Shown here: positions 1 through 19,820 of the stretch, piece after piece
Layout of the letters: every line of letters begins with the position of its first letter
Numbering within the stretch: position 1 is the stretch's first letter
Assembly: GCA_002269645.1 (NCBI GenBank)
Contig: NIVC01003607.1
Location: 24,311-88,310, forward strand
Reading direction: 5' to 3'
DNA length: 64,000 nucleotides
Origin: Macrostomum lignano
Taxonomy: Eukaryota
Notes under the pieces: model-generated
Database searches by the model: none
The model's input: the letters and a program-made list of their open reading frames with translations, nothing else
Told to the model about the DNA's origin: nothing
Program-made: the position numbers and the translations under genes

Positions 1-1175
1 AAGAAATTGCACTGATCTGGTACTTGACTCATAGGCTATACTCAATGTACTATAGTAGGGGGGCTGTAGCCAAGTGGTCTTGTCTTTCAAACAGAAAAAA
101 ATAAAAACAAAGATTGAAATAGAAAAAAAGAAAAAACTAAAGATTCAAAAAGAAAATAAAAATGAAGACTCAAACATAAAATCAGAATTAAAGACTCAAA
201 AAAAAATTGTAAGTCATGAAAGGCAATTTTCAAGTTCTTTTTTTAAGGGATTTAAGCCTAAATAAGCACTATTTCTATTTTTAAAAACTTGTTATAATGT
301 ATCTGTTGCCAGAAAACTACCATAGTCTATAGTTGAAACAATTAATTTTTATTTGAATTAGTGTCTATATGTCATGATAATGGGGACATTTAGACTTTGG
401 TTTATAATCATTTTTTGTTTTATTAGAAAAGCTAAACAAAATAGCAGACATTTAGTTTTTCCCATGGAATGGCAATGACAAGGATCCTATATATCCACTT
501 TGGTTTATAATCATTTAAATAGTAGAATAGAAATCTATGTAAAAAATTGTAAACAAATGCAAGGGGGCCCTAGGATATTTGTATATCATTCATATTCCAA
601 AACGGGTTGATGAAAAGGATCTTATATATCCATTTCAGTTTTTCTGCCATTTAAATGATTGTTCAAACTTAAGTAGATATATAGGATCATCTTAATCTAA
701 ACAATTGTATTATATACAATTGTGTTTGTATATCATTATATATATATATTGGTATACAAAAAATATTTTGGGCTTTTGGTATACACATTTAATATAATAT
801 ACAAAACTATAATACAAAGTTTTTTAACATAAAAATAGTGTTAAATCAGGCTTAAGTCCTTTAAAAGTAATTGTTATTTAAGATAAGATCATTTGTAAAT
901 TAATTTCCTATCATCAAAATAACTTAACAAATAGAACTTGACAATTGCTTTATAAATAACTAAATAAAAAATCATAACTCATGAATGAAAACTTAAAAGT
1001 AAAAGTCATAAAGGCTTTAGTAAGCATTAAAATATTTAGATAAAACTATAGAAGAAACTATAAGTGTTAGTAGTATAAAGCCTAGATACCCTTAGTCCTA
1101 GAAAATACCATAATTTTGGACTTAAGAATAAAAAAGTATAGGCCTAACTTGTCTCCTTAACTATCTATCTAGGTC

Positions 1176-1771
1176 CCATAGTTTGGAACACCCTGAATGT
1201 ATGCCAGACTTAAAATCTCTCACAATTTTTTTGATACGCCGTGTACGCCAAATTTTGAGTGCATGCTTACTCTCAAATCTACGCCAGTGTTGCAAGCAAC
1301 AATAAATGACCTTTTTTATGTTGCAACAATAAAACACTTTTTTTGAATTGCATAAAGTAACCTTTTTGAGCTACTAATTTGGTTAGTACTTTTGGTTTTT
1401 TGCTGATATTATTCATTGCGGAAATTAAATACACGCAAATATTTATTGAAATTTTTGTATTATACAAGCTCTAAAAACCCGGAAAGCTTGAAATTTACAG
1501 TTAAAAAAAAACTTGTTTCATCTTTTTTCACTTTTCATGAACTTTTCCATGTGATTCTATTAACTGCATGCACACTAATTTTTTATGCTATTTGATTTGA
1601 TTTTGCAACTGCATATGATCCTACTGCATATGATCCATGAATATGCATTTTTATACGCCAGATAAGTATGCCAGATTTTAAAAAGTAAAAAAATTGTATG
1701 CCAAGTGTACACCAAAAGTCGTGAGTGTACGCCAGATTAATCTGGCATACCACCCCTCTTCCGGACTATGG
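1176..1771. mobile_element. Probable old hAT-type MITE (~596 bp)
   Basis: Ends are imperfect inverted repeats: ccatagtttggaa..gtatgccaga versus the reverse complement ccatagtccggaa..gtatgccaga. Flanks tctaggtc (1168-1175) and tcttggcc (1772-1779) match 6/8. Internal tacgccag/tatgccag motifs recur. Confidence 0.5.
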
Positions 1772-2915
1772 TCTTGGCCTAGCCTATCTATAGGCCTAAC
1801 TATCTAGGATAGAATTCTTACTTGGGGAAAGAAAAACATGCATATACATTTTTTAGAACAGTGTGCAAGTGTGCATGCCAGCTATAAAAATAAGTTATAA
1901 TGGATTATGGCCCATATATTAAAAATGAAGTTTCTAGTTTTTCAATTCTAGGCTAGGCCTATTGATTTCGATCGAATTGACATTGTATCTTACTGTCATT
2001 ATATAGGCCTATCAATAGGGCTTAGGCCAACCATAGTTACGTTATTATAATAGTTTTCCATAGTATTTTTTACTAATAAAGTGATTTTCACTTTGCACTT
2101 GGAATAAATCTTTTTAATTTATGTCAATGTAATAAAGTAAAACATCGAAGTCGATTAGGTGAAAAACATTTCGATATCAAGATTCTCATTTACCTTCTAG
2201 TAGACGAGCAATGATACTGTCTATATTAAGTTTATCGGGTTCTGTCATAGTTTATTATTCGCCGAATAGGAAAAGTCCTGCCTGCCGCTTTGGTTGGGTC
2301 TGAGTTGGGGTTGCGCCAGAAGTAGTAGTAAGAAGATCGTGAAAAAATGAAAAGAAAAACATAAATCGTATTATCTAATTTAACCAAAGTGTTTTAACAA
2401 AGTTGGACATTTATGCAGAAAGTTTCGGCCTGATATTCATTTTTTAACTACGTTTAAGTTTGTTAGAAACATTTTAGTATACTTTTGAGTAAAATACATA
2501 AGCTTGGTTTTTGATTCTGAGATAATTTGTTTTCTTCAATTTCTTCGAACTCGTAAAATCAGTTCTATAGACTATAGTGGCATAATCGTCGTCAGCTTAT
2601 AGCTTAGTCTTCGTATTTTTTTCAATCCTATGTGTGATGTCGCTATTTCGGCTACAATATTATTGCCAACGTTTTTCATTTTGCTAGTCCTTTATACTTT
2701 TATTGCTAAATAATAAAATATTGCTTCCTATCGCTGACATTGTGCTAGGATAGGATAACAATTCAGATAGGAAGGATATATTCACGTTTTACAGTTGCAA
2801 AATTTAAGTAGAACTCCACACAAATATTTGAAGCAATAAACTCTGAATTTTTAATTTTACAAGTTATTTAATTACCGCAAACCATACCGAAACTGATGTC
2901 ATAAAAAATAAACAA

Positions 2916-10275
<7,360 letters not shown>

Positions 10276-10617
10276 GTTCGGTTGCTGTCTGTTTGCGTTG
10301 GTTCAGCTTCAATATTATCCATGCCCTATGCCGATATCTTCTCCGCCTCACTGATCCGAGTCAAATGCAAATTTGCCACTTCGATTTTTCTTCCTGGCCA
10401 CAAGGAACTCCTGCATGGCGCAGGCGGGCTGGGTTCCTCTGTCAACAATCAGCTTGCCTCCAGCCTCCAGCCTCCAGCCTTTTATACCTTAGAAAATATC
10501 CTTTAAAGTGGCGCTCTTTGTTCTCGCGTTTAGTCTAGTCTAGCCCTAATTTTATTAGTCTTTAAGTACGTTTCCTATGCACTCTAGCGCAGGCAACACC
10601 CACCTCCCTCCCCATAC

Positions 10618-11000
10618 TAGTGTACATTATTTGCTAATGTACATTGCTAGTGTACAATGCTGGTGTACATTGCTAGTGTACAATGCTGGTGTACATTGCT
10701 AGTGTACAATGCTGGTGTACATTTCTAGTGTTACATTGCTAGTGTTACATTGCTAGTGTTACATTTCTAGTGTTACATTGCTAGTGTACAATGCTAGTGT
10801 ACATTGCTAGTGTACATTGCTAGCGTTACATTGCTAGTGTACATTGCTAGTGTTACATTGCTGGTGTACATTACTAGTGTACATTGCTAGTGTACATTGC
10901 TAGTGTTGCATTGCTAGTGTACATTGCTGTGTTGCATTGCTAGTGAACATTGCTAGTGTACATTGCTAGTGTAGAATGCTGGTGTACATTGCTAGTGTAA
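10618..11000 (+). repeat. Minisatellite, ~13-bp unit tagtgtacattgc
   Basis: Degenerate tandem copies. Confidence 0.9.
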
Positions 11001-11529
11001 TTATCACTAATAGCTGGTTGAGCAAAACTTCCAGGCAAAAGTTGTTCAATGTACATACCAAGTACGTTGTACTTTTGTCCACGGACCGCGAAAAGCGGCA
11101 AGTAATATTATAAGCACTTAGCAATGATGGGTGTCCCTCCGCCTGCACTCCACATCCGTTTAGAATCCTAATTACCTGCTACAAATTTACTCAGCCTTTG
11201 TCTGATTATGACTGTACTTTGTTATCTATACTTGTTACTTTTCTTTTCTCTCTGTGGTGTGGGCGCGGCCTTGTACTCAGATCAAATACACGCACAACAG
11301 CTGTGCTCAGCGAGCCGTCTTGAAACAGCAGGCTATGAGTTGGAAACAGGATCTGCAATTACGAGTAAATATGTACCTTTCCGATTTCGCTTCCTTTAAT
11401 CAGGTAGATATGCTGTTGATCTAGATTCCATATTAAACACTGTAGCAGGCATTTCATACCGTCTTGATGACTACAGCAAAAACAAGTTAGTTTCGGTCTG
11501 TCCTGATCCCTGCAGTTTCTTTCCTTGCA

Positions 11530-12170
11530 GCCCCCTTCATCCCTGCGATCGCCTTTTAGTGTGTCCCTGCAATTCATTGTATCCCTGCACAGTGTCTCCC
11601 TGCAATCCCCCTTCATTGTCTCCCTGCACAGTGTCTCAATGCAATCCCCCTTCATTGTCTCCCTGCAGTCTCACTTCATTGTCTCCCTGCACAGAGTGTC
11701 CCTGCAATTTCCCTTCAATATGTCCCTGCAATTTCCCTTCGATATGTCCCTGCAATTTCCCTTCAGTGTGTCCCTGCAATTTCCCTTCAATATGTCCCTG
11801 CAATTTCCCTTCACTGTCTCCCTGCAGTCTCCCTTCATTGTCTCCCTGCAGTCTCTCTTCATTGTCTCCCTGCAGTCTCCCTTCATTGTCTCCCTGCAGT
11901 CTCCTTTCATTGTCTCCCTGCAGTCTCCCTTCATTGTCTCCCTTCATTGTCTCCCTTCATTGTCTCCCTGCAGTCTCCCTTCATTGTCTCCCTGCGATTT
12001 CCCTTCAGCGTCTCCCTGCAATTTCCCTTCACTGTGTCCCTGCAATATCCCTCCATTGTCTCCCTGCACAGAGTGTCCCTGCAATCTCCCTTCAATCTCC
12101 CTTGATTGTCTCCCTGCACAGTGTCTCCCTTCAATTTCCCTCCATTGTCTTCCCGCAGTCTCCCTTCAAT
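11530..12170 (+). repeat. Minisatellite, ~24-bp unit tccctgcaatttcccttcattgtc
   Basis: Degenerate tandem copies. Confidence 0.9.
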
Positions 12171-13129
12171 CAGCCAATCATGCTCGCCATCTCAGCACAG
12201 CCGAGCACTTTTGCTTCAAGGCCGCAGAGTCTTGGACCCAAGCGAGCCGAATCCAGTAGCAAAATGCCAATGTAGGGAAGCCAGAGCTGCTACACTGGCA
12301 ATTCTTTTAATCTCGTCCTGCATCCCCAGCCCTGGGGGCAGCCGGCTCTCCAGTTTCATTCTGCTCATCATCAAATTGATGCTTAATCTCGATTTCCTCT
12401 CTGTCTCCCTGTTGTCCAACTGGCTAGCGCAGCCGTCTCAAAGCCAGCCCAGTCGGCAGGGGTATCGGGTTCGCCGTGTTGTCGCCGTCGCCGAGGCCAA
12501 TTCGTCACGGACGTCGATCGCCCCGGGTCCAGCTGGCTGCTGCGCCGCTTGCAGTCGGGCCCGTAGGCGCGGACTTTGGGAGGGGGTTGGGAGGGGAAAT
12601 CTGGCACTCCTCAGATGGGAAGACGGGCTGGCAGCGTGACTCGGCATCACCTCCGGCCGGCTGCTCAGCCCTGAGCCGCGCACGCTACTGCGGGGACACG
12701 CGGCCCGCTCGATGCGCTGAAGGAGGCGGCAGGGGGGGGGGGGCAGCCGCCCGCGTATCGCCTTTCGCGCTGCCCCTGTTGCAGATTCGTTTAAGCGCCG
12801 AGTTCGTCATCGGATCAGGCATCCAGCGGAGGCTGGGACCCCTCCACCCCCCCACCTACCGCTAATCCGTGGCAACTCGACTCTCCGCCCTCCCAGCCCG
12901 GCCAAGGATTACCTTTAGGGGGAATCTGGATCGTCCAGAGAGTCTGACTGTTTCAAAGCCTTCATTTTCATACAGGGTTAGGGTGACCCGCTATTTTCCT
13001 GAGCTTCTACTTGCTCGCTGACTGACGCCTCAATATCCTTCAGTCGGGTGTCGGAACCGAATTCATGCATTGCAGGTGTCCTCGGCACAAGTTCAAATCC
13101 TAATGCTCCAAGTACATGTAATTGCTCAT

Positions 13130-13355
13130 AATTTAAATTTTATAATTGATTACACTGCCCTAATAGGCAGATGTGCAACCGACAGCTCTGAATGCTGCGT
13201 ACGGCTGTTCATTCCAAGGACCCTCAATTACCTCAGCTGAAGCAATGCAGAGTCAAATGTCTCGCTCAAAGACAATTTTTTACGAGTAGGTCGAGAGACT
13301 CGAACCCCTGACCCTTCAGTCGTAAGTCCGACACTAACCACTAGGCCACAACCCC
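13130..13355 (-). mobile_element. tRNA-derived SINE (same family as 15311-15620), internally deleted copy
   Basis: The minus strand reads ggggttgtggcctagtggtt (A box) ... ggttcgagtc (B box), followed by body segments shared with the 15311 copy (actctgcattgc, gtccttgga.tgaacagcc.tacgcagc.ttcaga, gctgtcggttgca) and an AT-rich tail. Confidence 0.75.
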
Positions 13356-14594
13356 TTACTTAACTCTGCTCATAAAGGGACATCTGTTGATAAAATAAAT
13401 ACAGAAAACAGCTGCTATAGTCGCCTCATCGTGAATTTTGTGAGAGAAGTTGCAACTCCAGAATCTTCTTGCACTCAGGGTCTCCTTGGCCCGGCTTGCG
13501 TGCCGCGCAACAGGCTGCGCTCAGGCGGAGTTCTCAGATTCTCAGCAGACCCGAGTGCGGCAGGAGGCACGCAACTTGCTGCTGCTATTCGAGTTGCTTG
13601 CTGAAAGCATTCGCTCTGATTTTCCCTACATTCGGAGTTGTTTACACTGCGTATGCATGCCGAGCATCAGTGCTGCCTGCGGGGCCTAATTGTGCTCTGG
13701 TGCGTCTTCGCATGAGGTCGGGTACGGGGCTGAGTAACTCAGTGCCACGGCCGCTTGGCGGGTTCCGTGCGAGGCGGATTGTCGTGCGATTTGCACCGTG
13801 AGGGCCAACCCCCCCAAGGACAGAATCATCTCACCGCTAGTGGTGTGAGTAGGATGAGGGTCAGGAGAGACTCAAGGTAAGGATTAACCAAGTCAATGAG
13901 TCAAGTTAAAAAATTCGAAATCGTTTTCTGGTGAACTGCAGGACAGAGAGACTGTTTCTCTTTTTGTTTGCACCAACACCAGACAGCCGTGGCTTTCTAT
14001 GAAGTTTTTTCATCATTTCGCTGAAAGAGGATTCCGCTCTCCAGCTTCGAGGTCGTGACCCCTTGCACTGGCCGTGAGCACACCGGGAACCTACAAGGGA
14101 ACTGCGGATTTACACTTCTCTGTTTCATCGAAAGCTCGGCTTTGATCTCTGGTCTCTACGGCAGTTTTTCCGATTGCAGTCTCAGGTGGGGCGCATCCGA
14201 GTGGCTCTTTCACTCTGGCCTTCGCCAGGCTTTTAAGTCGCTAATTGCCCTTCTCTGGCACGCAGCTGCGGGCCGGAGTGCCGCCTTTAGTTTCGGTCCG
14301 ACTCATTAAATAATGCATCATCTGGTAATCGCACGCTCCACTCGGGACCCGCTGGTCCCCGCGCTGCTGCAGCTGTATGCAAATACAGCTCGCCGTGCAG
14401 CCCGAGTCCATTCCGCTCTGTCCTCTTCTCCGATTTTCTCCGCTTCGGTGATCGATTGGGTGATTTTTCTCCTCCCTGGGTGGTTGCTTTGTGCGAGTTG
14501 AGATCGTCGGCTGTCTTGAGCTCTGAATGTTTGCATTGGAATTGAGAATTTTTGCTTGGGAAGGTTGTTGTCTTAATGCCAGAAGGATGGGGGC

Positions 14595-15263
14595 TGATGC
14601 TGTCGAGTGCGTTTCAGGGTAGGGGCGGATGCTGTCGAATGCATTTCAGGACAGGGGGCGGATGCTGTCAAATGCATTTCAGGACAGGGGGCGGATGCTG
14701 TCGAATGCATTTCAGGACAGGGGGCGGATGCTGTCAAATGCATTTCAGGACAGGGGGCGGATGCTTTCGAATGCATTTCAGGACAGGGGGCGGATGCTTT
14801 CGAATGCATTTCAGGACAGGGGGCGGATGCTGTCGAATGCATTTCAGGACAGGGGGCGGATGCTGTCGAATGCATTTCAGGACAGGGGCGGATGCTGTCG
14901 AATGCATTTCAGGACAGGGGGCGGATGCTGTCGAATGCATTTCAGGACAGGGGGCGGATGCTGTCGAATGCATTTCAGGACAGGGGGCGGATGCTTTCGA
15001 ATGCATTTCAGGACAGGGGGCGGATGCTGTCGAATGTATTTCAGGACAGGGGGCGGATGCTGTCGAATGCATTTCAGGACAGGGGGCGGATGCTGTCGAA
15101 TGCATTTCAGGACAGGGGGCGGATGCTTTCGAATGCATTTCAGGACAGGGGGCGGATGCTGTCGAATGCATTTCAGGACAGGGGCGGATGCTGTCGAATG
15201 CATTTCAGGACAGGGGGCGGATGCTGTCGAATGCATTTCAGGACAGGGGCGGATGCTGTCGAA
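14595..15263 (+). repeat. Minisatellite, 33-bp unit gcatttcaggacagggggcggatgctgtcgaat
   Basis: Tandem copies; 11-aa repeat ORFs. Confidence 0.95.
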
Positions 15264-15310
15264 TAAGTTTTAGGGTAGGTGCGAATGCTGTTGGGTTTTT
15301 TATGACAGTA

Positions 15311-15620
15311 GGGGTTGTAGCCTAGTGGTTAGAGCGTCGGACTCACGATTTGAAGGTCAGGGGTTCGATTCCTGATCCCACTGGAACAATTTGTGCCCTT
15401 AAGCAAAACACTTAACTCTGCATTGCTCCAGTTCACCCAGCTGTAAAATGGGCGCCAGCGTTAGCTTGGGAAATTGAAGGTGTGTGGCGCCCCCCCCCCA
15501 GTCCTTGGACTGAACAGCCATACGCAGCCTTCAGATGCGCCGCGCAATAGCTGCGGCTGAGCTGTCGGTTGCATGGGGAAGGTATAGTAGATTTTTTATT
15601 AAATATTGTTAATTATTATT
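15311..15620 (+). mobile_element. tRNA-derived SINE with CORE-like central domain
   Basis: A box tagcctagtgg and B box ggttcgattcc, then ccttaagcaaaacacttaactct...cagctgtaaaatggg, resembling the MIR/CORE-SINE core (CCTTGGGCAAGTCACTTAACCTCT...CTGTAAAATGGG). Ends in an (att)n tail. Confidence 0.75.
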
Positions 15621-15873
15621 ATGAGAGGCTGCTGACGCAAAGAAAGGCTTCAAAGGGGCTGCAGTCAATCAGGCTTTGCTGCTGACATCTTAGGCTGAAG
15701 AAGTTTTTTAGCCAATCAGGACAATCCACGGGCTGATGATGAAGCAGATTGGCTGCCCAGTGAGGCTGGGCCGAGCCCCAGCAGTAAAAGCCGCTGCCCG
15801 ATCGCACCGGATTCCAAGAAAGCCCGAACCGCCTCGCCTTGCTGGCAGAATTGCGCTGAACTCAGAGCCGGGC

Positions 15874-18800
15874 ATGACGGCCTGCCAGAGCCCCGGAGAG
15901 GCCGCGCCGCCCTCCGCCATCTACCGGTGGGTGAAGTGCACCAACAACACGGCGCTGATCCGCTTCATGCAGGCCAACGAGCAGCGGATGCTGGACCAGA
16001 TGAAGCAGGAGCTGCCCGCCATGCTCGGCCTCGCCGCCGCCTTCGCCGTCCTCATCGTGGCGGGCGGCCTGGCGAACTTCCTGCTGGCCGGCGCCCTCTG
16101 CTCACGGCGGGCGCTGCGCTCCAACTCGCACGGCCTGTTCGTGCTCAACCTAGCCTGCTCGGACCTGCTGCTCTGCCTCATCACCCAGCCGCTCAACCTC
16201 ATGCAGCTGCTGCAGAGTCAGTATGGCTGGCCCTATGGAGAGCCGCTGTGCAAGGCTGCCAGCCTGCTGACCGGCCTGAACCTCTTCGTCTCCACCTTCT
16301 CCGTCAGCGCCGTGGCTCTGGAGCGCTTCCGGGTAGGCAAAGAGCTGCTGACGTCATCGGTGGATTGGCCAAAAAATGTTTTTTTTCGAATAATGGGACT
16401 AGAGTGACATTGAGCATGCTGGGACTAGAGTGACATTGTGTATGCTGGGACTAGAGTGACATTGAGCATGCTGGGACTAGAGTGACATTGAGCATGCTGG
16501 GACTAGAGTGACACTGAGCATGCTGGGACTAGAGTGACACTGAGCATGCTGGGACTAGAGTGACACTGAGCATGCTGGGACTAGAGTGACATTGTGTATG
16601 CTGGGACTAGAGTGACATTGAGCATGCTGGGACTAGAGTGACATTGAGCATGCTGGGACTAGAGTGACATTGAGCATGCTGGGACTAGAGTGACATTGTG
16701 TATGCTGGGACTAGAGTGACATTGAGCATGCTGGGACTAGAGTGACATTGTGTATGCTGGGACTAGAGTGACATTGAGCATGCTGGGACTAGAGTGACAC
16801 TGAGCATGCTGGGACTAGAGTGACATTGAGCATGCTAGGACTAGAGTGACACTGAGCATGCTAGGACTAGAGTGACACTGAGCATGCTGGGACTAGAGTG
16901 ACACTGAGCATGCTGGGACTAGAGTGACACTGAGCATGCTGGGACTAGAGTGACACTGAGCATGCTGGGACTAGAGTGACACTGAGCATGCTAGGACTAG
17001 AGTGACACTGAGCATGCTAGGACTAGAGTGACACTGAGCATGCTGGGACTAGAGTGACACTGAGCATGCTGGGACTAGTGACATTGTGCATGCTGGGACT
17101 AGAGTGACACTGAGCATGCTGGGACTAGAGTGACATTGTGCATGCTGGGACTAGAGTGAAATTGTGCATGCTGGGACTAGAGTGACACTGAGCATGCTGG
17201 GACTAGAGTGACACTGAGCATGCTGGGACTAGAGTGACACTGAGCATGCTGGGACTAGAGTGACACTGAGCATGCTGGGACTAGAGTGACATTGAGCATG
17301 CTGTGACTAGTGACATTGTGCATGCTGGGACTAGAGTGACATTGTGCATGCTGAGACTAGAGTGACATTGAGCATGCTGGGACTAGAGTGACACTGAGCA
17401 TGCTGGGACTAGAGTGACATTGTGCATGCTGGGACTAGAGTGACACTGAGCATGCTGGGACTAGAGTGACATTGTGCATGCTGGGACTAGAGTGACACTG
17501 AGCATGCTGGGACTAGAGTGACACTGAGCATGTTGGGACTAGAGTGACACTGAGCATGCTGGGGAATAGAGAGAATGGCATCACATGGCTGGCCATCCTG
17601 ACTCAAGTCTTGAGAGCAGATTTGTCTGTTCTGCCACCTTTCTAGAGAGAATGGCATCACATGGCTGGCCATCCTGACTCAAGTCTTGAGAGCAGATTTG
17701 TCTGTTCTGCCACCTTTCTGGCCGCTTGTCGCTCAAAGTTAAACTCTGAATTGCAAACAGAGCAAGTAGGAAATCTGCTGCCTTAGTGACACTGAGTGAC
17801 ACTGACTAGAGTGACACTGAGCATGCTGGGACTAGAGTGACATTGTGCATGCTGGGACTAGAGTGACACTGAGCATGCTGGGACTAGAGTGACACTGAGC
17901 ATGTTGGGACTAGAGTGACACTGAGCATGCTGGGGAATAGAGAGAATGGCATCACATGGCTGGCCATCCTGACTCAAGTCTTGAGAGCAGATTTGTCTGT
18001 TCTGCCACCTTTCTGGCCGCTTGTCGCTCAAAGTTAAACTCTGAATTGCAAACAGAGCAAGTAGGAAATCTGCTGCCTTAGAAAAGCTTTCTCGTTCAGT
18101 CCTCCCAGCCTCTTCCTGCACCAGGATTTGGAGCGGGTGGGGGATTTGGGATGCTGGAAGGGAAATTGTGCAGCCGCTTGTCGGGCCCTTCCGGTCCCGG
18201 GAGAATCCGAACACAGAGTGCTGGGAGCCTCTCTCGCCGCTGAATCAACAGTGCCGCGTCTTGGATTCTTGGATTATCAACAGTGGCCCCCTGCTTTGAT
18301 AGAGAGCCGCTTCTTCAGTCCTGCGTGTTGGATTCAACTACTGTAAATAGCAGGACCTGGCAGGAGCATTTATTGAAACTTTTCCCAGTGTGTGTTGACG
18401 GTGCAGTCAAAAATTTCCTTTGATAAAGAACAACTGACAGCGTTTGGGTCTTTTTTCCTTGCTGTCTGGGATTAAAATGCATGCGCAATTTAACAACCGT
18501 AGGCATGGGTGACAACAGCAGAGCTGCAATTTAACAATCGTAGGCATGGGTGACAACAGCAGAGCTGCAATTTAACAACCGTAGGCATGGGTGACAACAT
18601 CGGGACTGCACTTTAACAATCGTAGGCATGGGTGACAACAGCAGAGCTGCAATTTAACAATCGTAGGCATGGGTGGCAACAGCAGAGCTGCAATTTAACA
18701 ATCGTAGGCATGGGTGGCAACAGCAGAGCTGCAATTTAACAACCGTAGGCATGGGTGACAACAGCAGAGCTGCAATTTAACAACCGTAGGCATGGGTGAC

Positions 18801-19820
18801 AACAGCAGAGCTGCAATTTAACAACCAAAGCTCTCGAGTCGGTCCGCGACGGCCCTGGCGAGAATATTTTGGGTGGGAATATTGGCCTCGGACCAAAATA
18901 AAGCAAGAGACGACGTACCCACTGTGATGTGTGCCTGGGTTTTATGACCCGGATGCCACTTGACCCCGCAGACCATCGTTCACCCCTCGGCGGGCGCTCT
19001 GCCGATCCTGCGCTGCCGTGTGGTGGTGCTGGGCATCTGGGCTCTGGGCCTGCTCATGGCCTCTCCAATGGCGCTGATGTCGCAGGTGACTGAGAACGAG
19101 ATGATCATCAGCAGGCAGGAGTGGCTGTGCATCGAGAACATGAGCCAGCACTGGACGCAGCTCAAGGTGGCTTACAGCGGCGTCACCCTGGCCGTGCAGT
19201 TCCTCATCCCCCTGCTGGTGCTGGCCGTGGCGCACGCCAGAATCTCCCGCTTCCTCCGGCGTCGCCTAACGGGCGTGGGTGTCGGCGCGGGAGCCGCCAG
19301 CGTCGGCGCCCCGCTGACGTCGCAGCAGACGCCGGCCGTGACAGTCAGCGAGTACCGGAAGCAGCGCTGCGCCCTTGAGGCGCGACGCCAGGCCCGAGCC
19401 AAGGCGCTACTGGTGGCCACGGTGGCCGTGTTCGCGGTCTGCTGGTGCCCCCTCACCATCGCCAACATCCGGCTAGACGTGCAGACTCTGCTGGACTCAG
19501 GCAGCGGCAAGAGAAGCGACGGTGGCGGCGGCGGCGGCAGCGGCGGTGACGGCGATGGTGCCGGAGGCGCTACGCACATCCGCATTGGTCAGGGCGTCTG
19601 CCTGCTGATGGTGCTGCTGTCCGCCTGCGCCAACCCGCTGCTGCACGGCTGCTGCAACCGCAACCTGCGCAAGGAGCTGCGCCGCTGCCTGTGCAGCCGC
19701 TGCCGCAGCCGCAGCCGCAGCGCCGCCCAGCCGGTGACGATCGCCCTGGCCGAGAAGCGGTCCCGGCACTGCGAGGTCGCCGTCGAAGAGTTGAAGAATG
19801 GCGACGCAGAGATTGAGTAG
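15874..19820 (+). CDS. Rhodopsin-family peptide GPCR, neuropeptide Y/F receptor-like, 2 exons
   Basis: Exons 15874-16332 and 18972-19820 join as ERFR|TIVHP (DRYxxIVHP equivalent). Also NLACSDLLLC (TM2), WPYGEPLCK, VSTFSVSAVALER (TM3), QFLIPL (TM5), FAVCWCPL (TM6) and ANPLLHG (TM7). The start codon is chosen by inference. Confidence 0.88.
16394..17932 (+). repeat. Minisatellite, 26-bp unit gggactagagtgacactgagcatgct (GPCR intron), with duplicated right flank
   Basis: Tandem copies to ~17562 and a second block at ~17806-17932. Confidence 0.95.
18488..18825 (+). repeat. Minisatellite, 41-bp unit tttaacaaccgtaggcatgggtgacaacagcagagctgcaa (GPCR intron)
   Basis: About 8 tandem copies. Confidence 0.93.

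Noticed and set aside
74-265. Lys-rich ORF, possibly the terminal exon (95-265) of an upstream gene
   Set aside because: It has an acceptor-like site but low complexity and no recognisable homology, so it cannot be supported.
15311-15385. Functional tRNA-Val genes at 15311 (+) and 13355 (-)
   Set aside because: The acceptor stems pair poorly, the two copies differ in the anticodon loop, and both continue into a shared SINE body.
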